A stretch of DNA of 58,465 nt from Minisyncoccia bacterium (GTDB lineage: Bacteria > Patescibacteriota > Minisyncoccia > Phycocordibacterales > PALSA-1337): positions 1 through 58,465 of the forward strand of contig JBEKVT010000003.1 of the NCBI GenBank assembly GCA_049997795.1. Direction: 5' to 3'. Both the position numbers and the translations under genes were made by a program. How positions within the stretch are numbered: position 1 is the first letter of the stretch; each line of letters opens with the position of its first letter. Shown one piece after another: positions 15,510-27,475 of this stretch. The notes beneath the pieces were generated by a model. That model was not told where the DNA came from. It saw only the letters and a list, made by a program, of their open reading frames with translations, and searched no databases.

Positions 15510-16967
15510 TCAGCCCTTCTTCGGCCGCATGAGCGGGAACATCTGGGTCTCGCGCAGGGGCTTGTCAGCCAGGACGGCGAAAAGCCGGTCGCCGAAGCCG
15601 AAGCCGCAGGTGGGCGGCATGCCGTGCTCGAGCATCTCCACGAATTCCCAGTCGGGCATCATGGCCTCCTTGTCTCCGCCGGCGATCTGCTTCTTCTGTT
15701 CTTCGAACCGGGCGCGCTGGTCGACGGGGTCGTTCAGCTCCGAATAGCCCCTGCCCATCTCGCTCCCGGCGATTATCGGCTGGAACATCTGGACGGTCTT
15801 GCCGCCGGCAACGGCTTTCGCCAGGGGCGCTACCGTGATCGGATGATTGACTAGGAAGGCCGGGCCGGCGATCGACTTGCGGCAATGCTTCCAGAGCGAA
15901 TCCAGGAGGCGCTCCCGGTTGTCGCCGTTGAACTCCACCTTGAGCTCTTTCAACTTCTTCTCCATCTCCTTCTCCGAAGCCTTCATGATATCTATGCCTG
16001 TCTGCTCCTTCACCTCTTCGCCGTAATCTATGAGCGGCCACTCTAGGGCGAGATCGAACTTATGTCCTCGGACCGAGAACTTGGTGGTGCCGAAGACTTC
16101 TTCGGCAAGCGTCCGGTACAATTCTTCCACGAGCTTCATGCCGTCGTTGTAATCGGCGTAGCCCCAATAGAATTCCAGGTTGGTGAATTCCTGGGTGTGC
16201 TCGGGGCTCGTGCCCTCGTTCCTGTAAGCCCGGCCGATCTCGAAGGTCTTCGGGAAGCCGGCGGCGGTCAAACGCTTCTGCCAGAGCTCGCCCACGGAGA
16301 TACGTAAGAAGACATCCATGTCGTAATCGTTGTGATGAGTGACGAATGGCCTGGCCTCGGCGCCACCGGTCGTGACTTCGAGAGTCGGGGTCTCGACCTC
16401 GAGGAAGCCGCGGTCCTTGAAGAATTTCCTGGTCACGTCCCAGAACTTGGCCTTCTTCATGAAAAGGTCGCGCAGCTCCGGCTCCATGATGAAGTCAAGG
16501 TATCGCTTGCGGAGGCGCTCGTCGGGATCGACGAGGCCGTGCCACTTCTCGGGGAGAGGCAGGAGCGATTTGGCGGCCATCGTCCAGGCGGTGACGAGCA
16601 CGCTCTCTTCCCCTTTGTTCGTCTTGAAGAAGGTCCCGGTGACGCTAATGATGTCACCGATATCGACGGCATCGACGAGCAGGGAGAAGAGCTTCGGTTC
16701 GAGGACATCTTTCTTCGCCACGGCCTGAAAGGTGGCTATACCGTCGTCCAACACCAAGAATAGGATGGCGCCCTGGCCGCGGATGGCCATGACCCGGCCG
16801 GCGACCGAGTACGGCTTGCCGCTCTTCTCGATCTTGGCGAAATCCTTGCGGGCGTCGCCAAGGCAGGAATCGCGCGGCACTTTGGCCGGATACGGCTCCA
16901 TGCCGGCCTCCTCGAGAAGCTTCAGTTTGCGGAGCCTAGTCTCTCTGAGTTCTTCGGATGAAGCCAT
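15510..16967 (-). CDS. lysS: lysine--tRNA ligase (class II)
   Basis: 485 aa. N-terminal OB anticodon-binding region and class II motifs (FLEVETP, YRNEG, GFGFGDRL). Confidence 0.95.
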   Translation of the reverse strand: MASSEELRETRLRKLKLLEEAGMEPYPAKVPRDSCLGDARKDFAKIEKSGKPYSVAGRVMAIRGQGAILFLVLDDGIATFQAVAKKDVLEPKLFSLLVDAVDIGDIISVTGTFFKTNKGEESVLVTAWTMAAKSLLPLPEKWHGLVDPDERLRKRYLDFIMEPELRDLFMKKAKFWDVTRKFFKDRGFLEVETPTLEVTTGGAEARPFVTHHNDYDMDVFLRISVGELWQKRLTAAGFPKTFEIGRAYRNEGTSPEHTQEFTNLEFYWGYADYNDGMKLVEELYRTLAEEVFGTTKFSVRGHKFDLALEWPLIDYGEEVKEQTGIDIMKASEKEMEKKLKELKVEFNGDNRERLLDSLWKHCRKSIAGPAFLVNHPITVAPLAKAVAGGKTVQMFQPIIAGSEMGRGYSELNDPVDQRARFEEQKKQIAGGDKEAMMPDWEFVEMLEHGMPPTCGFGFGDRLFAVLADKPLRETQMFPLMRPKKG

Positions 16968-16983
16968 GGATGTAAAAAACGGC

Positions 16984-17457
16984 CTACTTTATGGCCGCGA
17001 TCGCGTACTTGGCGGTGCCCTTCGGGGTGGTCACCGAGACCTTATCGCCCTGTTTGTGGCCGAGAAGGGCCGAACCGAGAGGCGAGAGGTTCGAGACTTT
17101 GCCTTGCGACATGTCCGCCTCTTCCGAGCCGACGATGGTGATCAACATGGATTTATTGTCGCCTTCCTTCTCCAGCCTGACGGTCGAGCCGACGGCTACC
17201 ACGTCCTTCCTGCCCTTGCCGGCCTCGGCGATGGTGGCGCTCTTCAGCAGCTTTTCCAGGCGGACAATGCGGTCTTCCACTTCCGCCTGCTCTTCCCTGG
17301 CCTGATGGTATTCGGCGTTCTCCGTGAGATCGCCGAGCTTTTTCGAGTATTCAAGATGCTCGGCCACTTCCTTGCGGCGCTCGGTCTTCAGGTGTTCGAG
17401 CTCCTTCTCGAGCTCGGCGAATTTTTCGGTGGTGAGGTACTGGGTGTCGCTCGTCAT
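16984..17457 (-). CDS. greA: transcription elongation factor GreA
   Basis: 157 aa. N-terminal coiled coil with the DLTENAEY acidic tip, then a C-terminal FKBP-like domain. Confidence 0.95.
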   Translation of the reverse strand: MTSDTQYLTTEKFAELEKELEHLKTERRKEVAEHLEYSKKLGDLTENAEYHQAREEQAEVEDRIVRLEKLLKSATIAEAGKGRKDVVAVGSTVRLEKEGDNKSMLITIVGSEEADMSQGKVSNLSPLGSALLGHKQGDKVSVTTPKGTAKYAIAAIK

Positions 17458-17527
17458 GTGGAATATAAAACGATAAAGACGCTTAGATTGCTAAGTTAAG
17501 GCCATATCATTATAGCACCCCCTATCT

Positions 17528-19219
17528 TCATTTGAAATACTCCGGCGTATTCGCGTCCATCCACTCGAGCTCCGCTTTCATGGCCGCGGCGGCGCCTATC
17601 AGGTTGTGGACGGAGCCGTGCTCCAGGGTGACGGCGAAGGCGTAATGGGGATCGCTGTAAGGCCAGAAGCCGGTTATCCAGGAGTTGACGCTGGCTTTGG
17701 ACACGCCGAGCTCGGCGGTGCCCGACTTCCCCGCCACGGCGACGAACGGCTCGTTCAGGGCGCCGCTCGTGCCTATCTCTACGCCGAGGCGCATGCCTTT
17801 ATGCACGACGTCGAAATCGGCTTTGGGCAGATCGATCGTGCGCTCGACGTGCGGGCCATCGCCTGCGAGGATGGTCGGCACGAGGAGAGTCCCCTCGTTG
17901 GCTATGGCCCCCATGGCCCGGACGATCTGGACCGGCGTGACCTGGGTGCCGTATTGGCCGATGACCGTGTGATAAGTGTCGCCGAGGAACCACGGCTCGT
18001 TGAAGGTCGCCTGCTTCCAGGCCGGCGAAGAGACTAAGCCGGAGGGACCGGTCGTGAACGAGTCCGGGATGGCTTCGCCCAGACCGAACATGGCCAGGTA
18101 CTTGTCGATATTGGCGATGCCGAGGCCCTTCTGGTCCTTGTAGCCGCCGCCCACCGTGTAGAAATAGGCGTCCGAGGACATGGCGATGGCGTGGTAGAGG
18201 TCTAGCGGCCCGAGGTCGCTCCAGTCGCGGAAAACGTTCATGACCTTCGGGTCGTACGGATTGGGCACCGAAATGGAGCCGGTGGTGACGATGACGTCCG
18301 TCGGACTGATGATGTTCTCGTTAAGGACGCCCATGGCCACATAGGGCTTGACGATCGAGCCCGGCGTATAGAGGCCGCCGACGGCCCGGTCGAGGAAAGG
18401 CAGGTTCTTATTGGCAAGGGCCGCCCTGATCGCATTCTGGTCGGTCTTATCGGACATCACCTGCGAGCCGTATTCCGGATAGCTCGTCATGGCCAGGATC
18501 TCGCCGGTCTTGACATCCATGATGACGCCGGCCCCGCCGGTGAAGCCGTATTCGCTGGCGATCGCTCTTATGTTCTGGTAGAGGGCCGATTGGACCCGGC
18601 TGTCTATGGAGAGCTTGACGGTCTCCCCGGCTTGCGGCGGCTTGACGACATTCTGCGAGATGACGTCGCCGTGGGCGTCGACTTCCACGAGACGCGAGCC
18701 GTTCTCGCCGGTCAGCCGGTCATTGTAGTACTTCTCGACGCCGTCCACGCCCTCGAAGTCGTTCTGGTAATAGAAGCCGTTCTTGTCCTTCGAAGGATAT
18801 TGGACGTAGCCCAAGACGTGGGAGAGGCCCGTGGTGGTGGCGTATTCCCTTTGGGGCACGGAGTCTTCGACGAAGCCGGACGGGGTGCCGGTCGCGGGAG
18901 CTTCGGCCGGGGCGTTCCAGGCAAGCGGAACGCTGTTGCGGTCCAGGATCTCGCCGCGGCTCGAGAATATCGGCACGGGACGCAGGAGGTTGTTCTGGCT
19001 CTTCGTCAGATACTCGCCGCCGTGGACGACGTCCAGATTCAGGGCCTGGCCGAGGAAGACGAGAGCGAGCAGGACGAAGGATCCGCCGACCGCGTAGAGG
19101 GCGGCGCGGGAGATGGGCTTCTCCAGCCTGCCTTCGAGCTGATCCGTGTCGAAATTCGGCAGGTTGCTCGAGTCTATGAGCACTTCGTCCGGGTATATCT
19201 CGCGGCCCTTTTTCTTCAT
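17528..19219 (-). CDS. mrdA: class B penicillin-binding protein 2 (elongation-type transpeptidase)
   Basis: Start placed at MKKKGREIY (19219). The 165-codon upstream extension is R/G/H-rich and overlaps the divergent prsW-like gene. Motifs SIVKP, SSD and KSGTA. Confidence 0.85.
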   Translation of the reverse strand: MKKKGREIYPDEVLIDSSNLPNFDTDQLEGRLEKPISRAALYAVGGSFVLLALVFLGQALNLDVVHGGEYLTKSQNNLLRPVPIFSSRGEILDRNSVPLAWNAPAEAPATGTPSGFVEDSVPQREYATTTGLSHVLGYVQYPSKDKNGFYYQNDFEGVDGVEKYYNDRLTGENGSRLVEVDAHGDVISQNVVKPPQAGETVKLSIDSRVQSALYQNIRAIASEYGFTGGAGVIMDVKTGEILAMTSYPEYGSQVMSDKTDQNAIRAALANKNLPFLDRAVGGLYTPGSIVKPYVAMGVLNENIISPTDVIVTTGSISVPNPYDPKVMNVFRDWSDLGPLDLYHAIAMSSDAYFYTVGGGYKDQKGLGIANIDKYLAMFGLGEAIPDSFTTGPSGLVSSPAWKQATFNEPWFLGDTYHTVIGQYGTQVTPVQIVRAMGAIANEGTLLVPTILAGDGPHVERTIDLPKADFDVVHKGMRLGVEIGTSGALNEPFVAVAGKSGTAELGVSKASVNSWITGFWPYSDPHYAFAVTLEHGSVHNLIGAAAAMKAELEWMDANTPEYFK

Positions 19220-19276
19220 GGGCTGATGATACCATAAAGGCGGGAACGGACGGGCCTGTTCTGATATAATATCTCC

Positions 19277-19984
19277 ATGACAGTCACCGGATTCGTATAT
19301 GCCCTCATCGCCGGCGTGGTGCCGTCCTTGATCTGGCTCTTCTTCTGGACGAGGGAGGATACGGATCAGCCGGAGCCGCGTTCTCTCCTTATGGGCTGTT
19401 TCCTCGGCGGCATGTGCGCCGTCTTCCTGGCCATCCCGGCCGAAAAGTCCGCGGCCGCCCTCCTCAGCGGACCGTCTATGTACGCCTGGTGGGCGGGGAT
19501 CGAAGAGGTCCTGAAATTCGTGGCCGTGGCGGCGATCGCCCTGCATTCCCGCCATTATGACGAGCCGATCGACGCCATGATCTACACGATCGCCGTGGCC
19601 CTCGGCTTCGCCGCTCTGGAGAATACCCTGTTCGTCATGGGGCCCTTGACGAGCGGCAGCCTGTCCGTCAGCATAACGACCGGCAACATGCGCTTCATCG
19701 GCGCCACCCTGGTCCATGTGGTCTCCTCCGGGCTTATCGGCTTCTTCCTGGGCCTCGCCTTCTATCGCGGCCGCTTCGCCAAATTCCTGGCTTGGGCGGT
19801 CGGCCTAGCCGGAGCCATAGCCATCCATTCGGCTTTCAATATCGCCATCGTCGGGGCCGGGGTCATGGACACCTTGAAGGCTTTCGGCTGGATCTGGGGA
19901 GCGGTGGTCATCATGATCATCCTTTTCGAGGAAGTGAAAGCCGTGAAGCCGAGGCTGGCCAATCCGGCGGCGACGGAGGTATAA
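19277..19984 (+). CDS. PrsW-family intramembrane protease
   Basis: 235 aa, polytopic. Carries the EEvlKF and HsaFN motifs typical of the PrsW family. Confidence 0.75.
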   Translation: MTVTGFVYALIAGVVPSLIWLFFWTREDTDQPEPRSLLMGCFLGGMCAVFLAIPAEKSAAALLSGPSMYAWWAGIEEVLKFVAVAAIALHSRHYDEPIDAMIYTIAVALGFAALENTLFVMGPLTSGSLSVSITTGNMRFIGATLVHVVSSGLIGFFLGLAFYRGRFAKFLAWAVGLAGAIAIHSAFNIAIVGAGVMDTLKAFGWIWGAVVIMIILFEEVKAVKPRLANPAATEV

Positions 19985-20014
19985 TCAAGACCGATAAACC
20001 TAATCCAAACGAAC

Positions 20015-20506
20015 ATGAGCAAAGACAAAAGATCGTTCTTCGAGCGCCTGACCGGGGCGGTGCGCCTGGATGAAGACGAGGGAGGCGAACCGAGGCCTCT
20101 TTCCGTCGGCCCGAAGAACGGCCGGCACGCCGAGAACGGCGAGGCTTCCTCATGGATAGACGAGGAATCGGACAGGGACGCGGAGCTCACGGTGGACGTC
20201 TACCAGACACCGGACATGATCGTGGTCAAATCGATGATCGCGGGGGTGCGGCCGGAAGACCTGGACGTCTCCCTGACGAGAGATTCGGTGACGATCCGCG
20301 GCCGGCGCGAGGAAGAGAAGGCGGCCGAAGAAGACGATTACCTGATGCGCGAGCTCTATTGGGGCTCGTTCTCCAGGACGATATCGCTCCCCGAAGAGAT
20401 AGACGTGGATGAAGCGGAAGCCCTGGAGAAGCACGGCCTGCTCATCCTGAGATTGCCCTTGCTCGACAGGAAGCGCCAATCGAAGCTGAAAGTGAAGACC
20501 ATTTAA
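20015..20506 (+). CDS. Hsp20/alpha-crystallin family small heat-shock protein
   Basis: 163 aa. Alpha-crystallin domain (LTVDVYQTPD...GVRPEDLDVSL...GLLILRLP). Confidence 0.9.
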   Translation: MSKDKRSFFERLTGAVRLDEDEGGEPRPLSVGPKNGRHAENGEASSWIDEESDRDAELTVDVYQTPDMIVVKSMIAGVRPEDLDVSLTRDSVTIRGRREEEKAAEEDDYLMRELYWGSFSRTISLPEEIDVDEAEALEKHGLLILRLPLLDRKRQSKLKVKTI

Positions 20507-20633
20507 CGAGGAAGAGATACTTCATCCCTCGATACCCGGAAAAACCCCTGCAGGGGTTTTTCCTTATCCTCGACGATTTCCTGCTGGAAATCGTCTGCGG
20601 AGGTATCTCGGAACGAAGTATCTCTTCCTCGTT
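20505..20633. repeat. nested inverted-repeat element between convergent genes (includes a bidirectional terminator)
   Basis: Perfect 19-bp outer arms AACGAGGAAGAGATACTTC (20505-20523) and GAAGTATCTCTTCCTCGTT (20615-20633). They enclose the hairpins GGAAAAACCCCTGCAGGGGTTTTTCC and GACGATTTCC-TGCT-GGAAATCGTC. Confidence 0.7.
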
Positions 20634-20645
20634 AGTCCCGCCCTA

Positions 20646-22805
<2,160 letters not shown>

Positions 22806-22937
22806 TTAGAGCTTTTGCCCTTAAATCATAGCAGAAAATCGGTCAAAATGCACGCTTTAAAATCGCGAAAATGTGGCTACAAATATGGGCATTCTTGTGC
22901 ACATTGCGTCAGTCCCCGGTTTGTAAATATAAGTATA

Positions 22938-22965
22938 TTGACAATTACTATTAATATGTTACACT
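22938..22965 (+). promoter_or_regulatory. sigma70-type promoter with extended -10 (TTGACA-N16-TGtTACACT)
   Basis: TTGACA at 22938-22943, TG at 22957-22958, TACACT at 22960-22965. Confidence 0.55.
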
Positions 22966-22971
22966 AGAGTA

Positions 22972-23298
22972 CTCGTGATCGCGGGCCCTGAGTCAATCCG
23001 GGCCAGACGCGAGCACGAAATAGCTCATCAAAGTTTCGGCGCGCCTCGTCCCGTAAAGGAAGTGTGTAAGCCCGCCCCCAAAGGGCTGGAGCGCACTGGG
23101 ACCAGGATAAAAACAGGCTGCGCCGAACGTGCCGACCATGCTGTGATTAGTTACGCGCCGCCCGGGAAGAGACTCAACTGGCGCCAAATTAATCGGTCCA
23201 TTCCCAAAAGGGAATGCTTCTCCATCATGCAAATGGCGAAAGACGCCCAACCGTGAGACCCCATTGCAAAACGGGTCCCGAGAATACAGCAATCTAGT
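22972..23298 (+). ncRNA. unassigned structured non-coding RNA (~365 nt with its terminator)
   Basis: Lies between a strong promoter and a 10-bp-stem terminator. Only short, non-protein-like ORFs on both strands. Many local hairpins: GGCCC-UGAGUCAAUCC-GGGCC, CAUUCCC-AAAA-GGGAAUG, GGCG-AAAGA-CGCC, GACCC..GGGUC. Confidence 0.45.
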
Positions 23299-23337
23299 CC
23301 CGGCGCGAGACTGCCGATCGCGCCGGGCTATTTTTTT
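23299..23337 (+). terminator. intrinsic terminator
   Basis: Stem CCCGGCGCGA/TCGCGCCGGG (10 bp) followed by CTATTTTTTT. Confidence 0.85.
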
Positions 23338-23440
23338 ATCTTCCCGCAAAAGATTTGACGCGAACGACTCCGTCATGCTACCCTTACGCATTCACGTCAG
23401 TTCTTTCAGTAAAACATTCAACATCGAAGGAAATCAGACC

Positions 23441-23725
23441 ATGGCTAAGAGTAAGAAGAAATCGACCGACCCGTTCGCCGAATTAAAGAATGCGCATCGC
23501 CCGACCGTCGAAGACGTCAAGCGCGCTCTCCGCGAATGCGCCGAGTCCGGTGCGGCGATCGATGGCGACACGGTCAATCGGGTCATCGGGAATTTAAGGG
23601 TCATCAAAGTGCCTGACGCCCTCCACATGGCCGAGAGTGTCGGCAAGGGGATCGAGATCCAGGCCAGATTGAAGAACTTGCAGGGAGTGCTGGAGTACAA
23701 AAAAGTCTTGGACCGGGCATTGTGA
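23441..23725 (+). CDS. hypothetical small protein
   Basis: Start set at the ATG at 23441 (MAKSKKKSTD), with GAAGGAAA upstream. 94 aa, helical and charged. No recognised family. Confidence 0.5.
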   Translation: MAKSKKKSTDPFAELKNAHRPTVEDVKRALRECAESGAAIDGDTVNRVIGNLRVIKVPDALHMAESVGKGIEIQARLKNLQGVLEYKKVLDRAL

Positions 23726-23786
23726 GCGGTCGAACAAGGCCCCCACCCTGTCATGAGCCTTGCGCGCCATCGCGCCAGGCTCTTTT

Positions 23787-24998
23787 TTATATCCCTCTCT
23801 TGCCTAACGGTATCGAGATCAAAAGCACCACCAACCCTATAGCTACCAATCCTCCGCTCCCCAAAAGCGCCGCGGCTGGGCTGTAGGCCTGCCACAGCCA
23901 GCCTCCGGCGACGCCAGCGACGAGAGCTCCGAAGCCGACGGCTGCTTGGAACAAGCCGTAGGCGGCCCCGCGATGCTCGAAAGGCACCAACCGGCCGGTC
24001 CAGGCGCGCTCTGTCGCGTCCGTGGCGGCCGAGAAGACGCCCATCACGGCGAAGGCCGAGCCCAGGAAGACGGCGCTCTCGGCATAACCGAGCATCAAGT
24101 ACGAGACGAGCAGGAAGACATAGCCGTAGACGAGGACCTTGGCCGTGCCGACCGTGTCGCTCAACTTGCCGGCGCTGTAAGAAAAAGCGGCGTAGGCGAT
24201 GGAATAGATCATGTAGAAGAGCGGGATGTCGGCGATCATGAGGTGGATGGAAGTGGTCTTCAAGAGAGTCACAGCAGTGGGCAGGGTGCCGATCGACAGG
24301 AGGAATATGGCGGCGAGATAGACCCTGAAGCCGCGCGGCAATACGCGGAAGGCCGCGACCGACAAGACCGGCGCTCCGTTCGCATCTTTCCTGCCGACGA
24401 TGTCGGTCACGAAGAAGATGGTGGCTATGGCGAACAAGCCGATGACGGAAGCCGAGATGAAGATGACGGTGAAGCCGTTGGTTCCCAGCATGACCGGCCA
24501 ATGCAAGAGTATGAAGTACGCGGCGAGCGGCCCGACGATGGCCCCGGCGGTGTCCATGGCCCGGTGATAGCCGAACGACCGGCCGATCTCTTCCGGAGCG
24601 GCCGAAGCGGAGATGATGACGTCGCGCGGCGCTTCGCGGACGCCCTTGCCTATCCGGTCAGTGACGCGCAGGCCGAGAACGGCGGCCACGCTCCCCGCCA
24701 GGAGATAGAGCGGCCGGACGATGACTGACAGACCGTAGCCGGCGAACATGAAGACCCGGCGCCGCTGGATCTTGTCGGACAGACGGCCTGAATATATGCG
24801 CAGGAAGTTGGCCACCCCGTCGGCCACGCCTTCCACGAGGCCTAGCGACGCCGCCCCCGCCCGGAGGACCGACGTGAAGAAGGCCGGGAAGGCCGCCACG
24901 ATCATCTCATTCGAGAAGTCGTTGAAGAAGCTGGTGAGTCCCAGCATGAAGATGTTCTTCGGCAATCCCAGGATCTTGCGCGGCTGTTCCGGAGGCAT
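23787..24998 (-). CDS. MFS transporter
   Basis: 403 aa, about 12 predicted hydrophobic helices. MFS loop motif GRLSDKIQRRR between TM2 and TM3. Confidence 0.85.
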   Translation of the reverse strand: MPPEQPRKILGLPKNIFMLGLTSFFNDFSNEMIVAAFPAFFTSVLRAGAASLGLVEGVADGVANFLRIYSGRLSDKIQRRRVFMFAGYGLSVIVRPLYLLAGSVAAVLGLRVTDRIGKGVREAPRDVIISASAAPEEIGRSFGYHRAMDTAGAIVGPLAAYFILLHWPVMLGTNGFTVIFISASVIGLFAIATIFFVTDIVGRKDANGAPVLSVAAFRVLPRGFRVYLAAIFLLSIGTLPTAVTLLKTTSIHLMIADIPLFYMIYSIAYAAFSYSAGKLSDTVGTAKVLVYGYVFLLVSYLMLGYAESAVFLGSAFAVMGVFSAATDATERAWTGRLVPFEHRGAAYGLFQAAVGFGALVAGVAGGWLWQAYSPAAALLGSGGLVAIGLVVLLISIPLGKRGI

Positions 24999-25126
24999 TG
25001 AGGGAGATTATAGCACGCGGGAATAGAGAGATTTTGGTTTATTGACAAATATGCAGAAGGTGTGCTATATTGCATCACGAACAATCGTTTTTTGTCAGTG
25101 TAACCTCCAACCAAGGAAAGGGCTTT

Positions 25127-25564
25127 ATGTCGACCAAACGAATCATCACAGACGGTAGCCAGTTCCCTGTACAGCCTTGTGACATCCATATCGGCGAGGG
25201 CTTCAGGCGTTTCTGGGATGCCTTCGGCAACGCGGAAACCGAGATCTCGGCCTACTATGTCGTCAGGTTGTGCCAGAAACTCGGCGGCTGGATCCCGTTC
25301 ACCCGCGACGAGATCGAGTCCGTCTACCGAGAAGCCGGCCATCATGACGGCTTCCGCTTCAACCAGCTTGTCGATCAGGGAGAAAACGTGCTCAACGGTC
25401 CGGCGGTCCTCTTGGGCGCCATGCCCGAGACCGAGCCGGTCGGCGGCGGATGGATCGTCCTCGGCACCGACGACAAGTATCGCGTGACGGACGATTTCGT
25501 CATGCGGTGCTTCCGGACATCACCAGCCAGCAAAACGCTGGGGATGGCCGCGACTCTGGTCTGA
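25127..25564 (+). CDS. hypothetical protein
   Basis: Start set at the ATG at 25127 (MSTKRIITDG), with AAGGAAAGGG upstream. 145 aa. No recognised family. Confidence 0.5.
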   Translation: MSTKRIITDGSQFPVQPCDIHIGEGFRRFWDAFGNAETEISAYYVVRLCQKLGGWIPFTRDEIESVYREAGHHDGFRFNQLVDQGENVLNGPAVLLGAMPETEPVGGGWIVLGTDDKYRVTDDFVMRCFRTSPASKTLGMAATLV

Positions 25565-25775
25565 ATCGTGTCGTAATCCGTTCTGCACGAGAACCCGTTC
25601 TCCGCAGGACGGGTTTTATTTTGCTTCATCTCGAAAACAAAAAAGCGCGCGGAACCCTGGTTCCGCGCGCTTGTAGCCTGGATTCAGGCAGGCACAGCCA
25701 CCGCCTAGGAGGCATTGCGGAGGATCATAGCGTTATATAAAAAGGCGGGAGGATGCTCTCCCGCCATGGAGCTCG

Positions 25776-26684
25776 CTACAGGACCCACGAGCCGATGACC
25801 GACTCGAATTCATGGAGCCGGCTCCTGTGGATGACGATCGAAGGCGTCGCGAAGGACACGGCCTTCATCGAGGGGCGGAGCTCCCTTGCAAGCCAGCGCC
25901 CGTCGCCACCATCATGCGTGAGCCAGATGAAGCCGAGCCTTGCCGACATCCCCCACACGGGCAGGAGATCCCAGGGCTGCTGCACGCCCGCCTTCATGAC
26001 ATAGGCCCCGACTTCGCCTTTCCAGAGCCTGGCCATGCCTGTGCCGAGGCCGCCGCCGGACACTTCGATCTGCTTGAAGATGCCGCCGTGCTTCGTAGCT
26101 TGTGCGATCCGGCAGTAGATCTCCGGCAGGTCCCGGGGGTCGTCGCGCAAGAGCACGTACTGGTCCGAGAGCGGCCGGCCGGGATCGGGCGCCAGGCGCT
26201 CGTACCGGTGGTCGCCGAAGTTCAAGCGGTGGACCTTCGGGGAGCCCGGGCGATAGTAGTAGAGCTCCTTGGTCATGGCGTCCCCGACGAAAGAGGAGAC
26301 GACCTCGTCCGGCGTCGAGAGCGAGAGCATCGGCCCGAAACCGTGAGATTGCCGGCGCTCGAAAGCCTTGGTGCCGTCGAGCGGATCGACGGTGAAGAAG
26401 AGGCATGCGCCGGGAAGCGTGCACTCCCGTGCGAAGCCCTTCTCTTCGGCCACGATGCCGTATCCCGGGAAGCATTCGAGTATCTTGCGCAGAAGGATCT
26501 CCTGGGCGGCGAAATCGGCATCGGTCACCCGGTCCTTGGGGTCGGCCTTGTAGTCGACGATCTTCTCCTCGGCCGTGAAATCGACGCGCCGCTTCCAGAT
26601 CTCCTCCATGGCCCGGCGCATCATGTCCTTCAATATCACGCCGACGGCGTGCTCGTTGAGCGGTCCGTAATCTATGGTCTTCAC
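25776..26684 (-). CDS. inositol monophosphatase family protein
   Basis: 302 aa. Metal-binding motifs VAEE and VDPLDGTKAF, characteristic of the IMPase/FBPase-like fold. Confidence 0.8.
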   Translation of the reverse strand: MKTIDYGPLNEHAVGVILKDMMRRAMEEIWKRRVDFTAEEKIVDYKADPKDRVTDADFAAQEILLRKILECFPGYGIVAEEKGFARECTLPGACLFFTVDPLDGTKAFERRQSHGFGPMLSLSTPDEVVSSFVGDAMTKELYYYRPGSPKVHRLNFGDHRYERLAPDPGRPLSDQYVLLRDDPRDLPEIYCRIAQATKHGGIFKQIEVSGGGLGTGMARLWKGEVGAYVMKAGVQQPWDLLPVWGMSARLGFIWLTHDGGDGRWLARELRPSMKAVSFATPSIVIHRSRLHEFESVIGSWVL

Positions 26685-26878
26685 GATGTCCTTTCCTTTG
26701 TTTTTAGGTCTATTACGACAATACCACAGCGGAAGCCAAAAACAAGCACGGCACCTTTAGGGCCGATACCTACTTGACTTTATAATATATAATGTGTTAT
26801 AGTTGTCGCGTACCGCTCTTTGATGTTTTGAAGAGCCCAATTTCGATCAACGATCAACTTACAGAAACGGAGGCTTGA

Positions 26879-27169
26879 ATGCCCAACATCCTTATCGTCG
26901 GCTTCGATAAAAACGTAGTCGAGAACGTCTGGGTAAACGTCGCCGCCATCGTGTGCCAGCTCGGTCTGGGTGGCGATGCTATCGTCACGATCGTGCCGGC
27001 AGACACCAAATGGTGCGACAATCCTGTTCCGGCGCCTTATCTCGTCGTCAGAGACACCGACCTCGAGGGGGCGCGGAAGATCGCGAATGCTCTTCACCGG
27101 AGACTCAACCTAGACATCGAGTACGAGAAGATCGCCGGATTCCTGGCGGCCGTTCCGTCAGCGTCCTGA
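26879..27169 (+). CDS. hypothetical small protein
   Basis: 96 aa. GGAGG SD 6 nt upstream, hairpin plus T-run terminator downstream (about 27190-27228). Preferred over the antisense ORF 26780-27097. Confidence 0.5.
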   Translation: MPNILIVGFDKNVVENVWVNVAAIVCQLGLGGDAIVTIVPADTKWCDNPVPAPYLVVRDTDLEGARKIANALHRRLNLDIEYEKIAGFLAAVPSAS

Positions 27170-27231
27170 TCCGCCGTCCCTTCCGCCCGCGACCCGCGCT
27201 ACGTCCCAACCGTGCGCGGGTTTTTTATTCC

Positions 27232-27474
27232 CTATTTCCTTATGACCATAAGCTTCTCCGCGCGCGTCATGCGCTTCAGGGCCGCTTCCCTCTCGCGTGC
27301 CCGGGCGAGCGTCCGATGCGCCTCGCTCCAGACGAGAGAGACCGGCCGGCGGATCTTCGTATAATGAGCGCCCGACTTCGCATGGTTGTGCTCCCGCAGG
27401 CGCTTCTTGAGGTCGTTCGTACAGCCGACGTAGAGCGTGCCATCGGCGCATCGGAGGATGTAGGTGTGGTGCAT
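27232..27474 (-). CDS. GIY-YIG nuclease family protein
   Basis: Start at MHHTYILRC (27474). Carries the GIY-YIG hallmark [24 protein letters not shown]. About 80 aa. Confidence 0.85.
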   Translation of the reverse strand: MHHTYILRCADGTLYVGCTNDLKKRLREHNHAKSGAHYTKIRRPVSLVWSEAHRTLARAREREAALKRMTRAEKLMVIRK

Positions 27475-27475
27475 A

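Noticed and set aside
19220-19717. 165-codon N-terminal extension of the PBP2 ORF (17528-19717).
   Set aside because: The extension is R/G/H-rich with no TM or PBP features, and it overlaps the divergent prsW-like gene. MKKKGREIY, followed by a TM helix, is the natural start.
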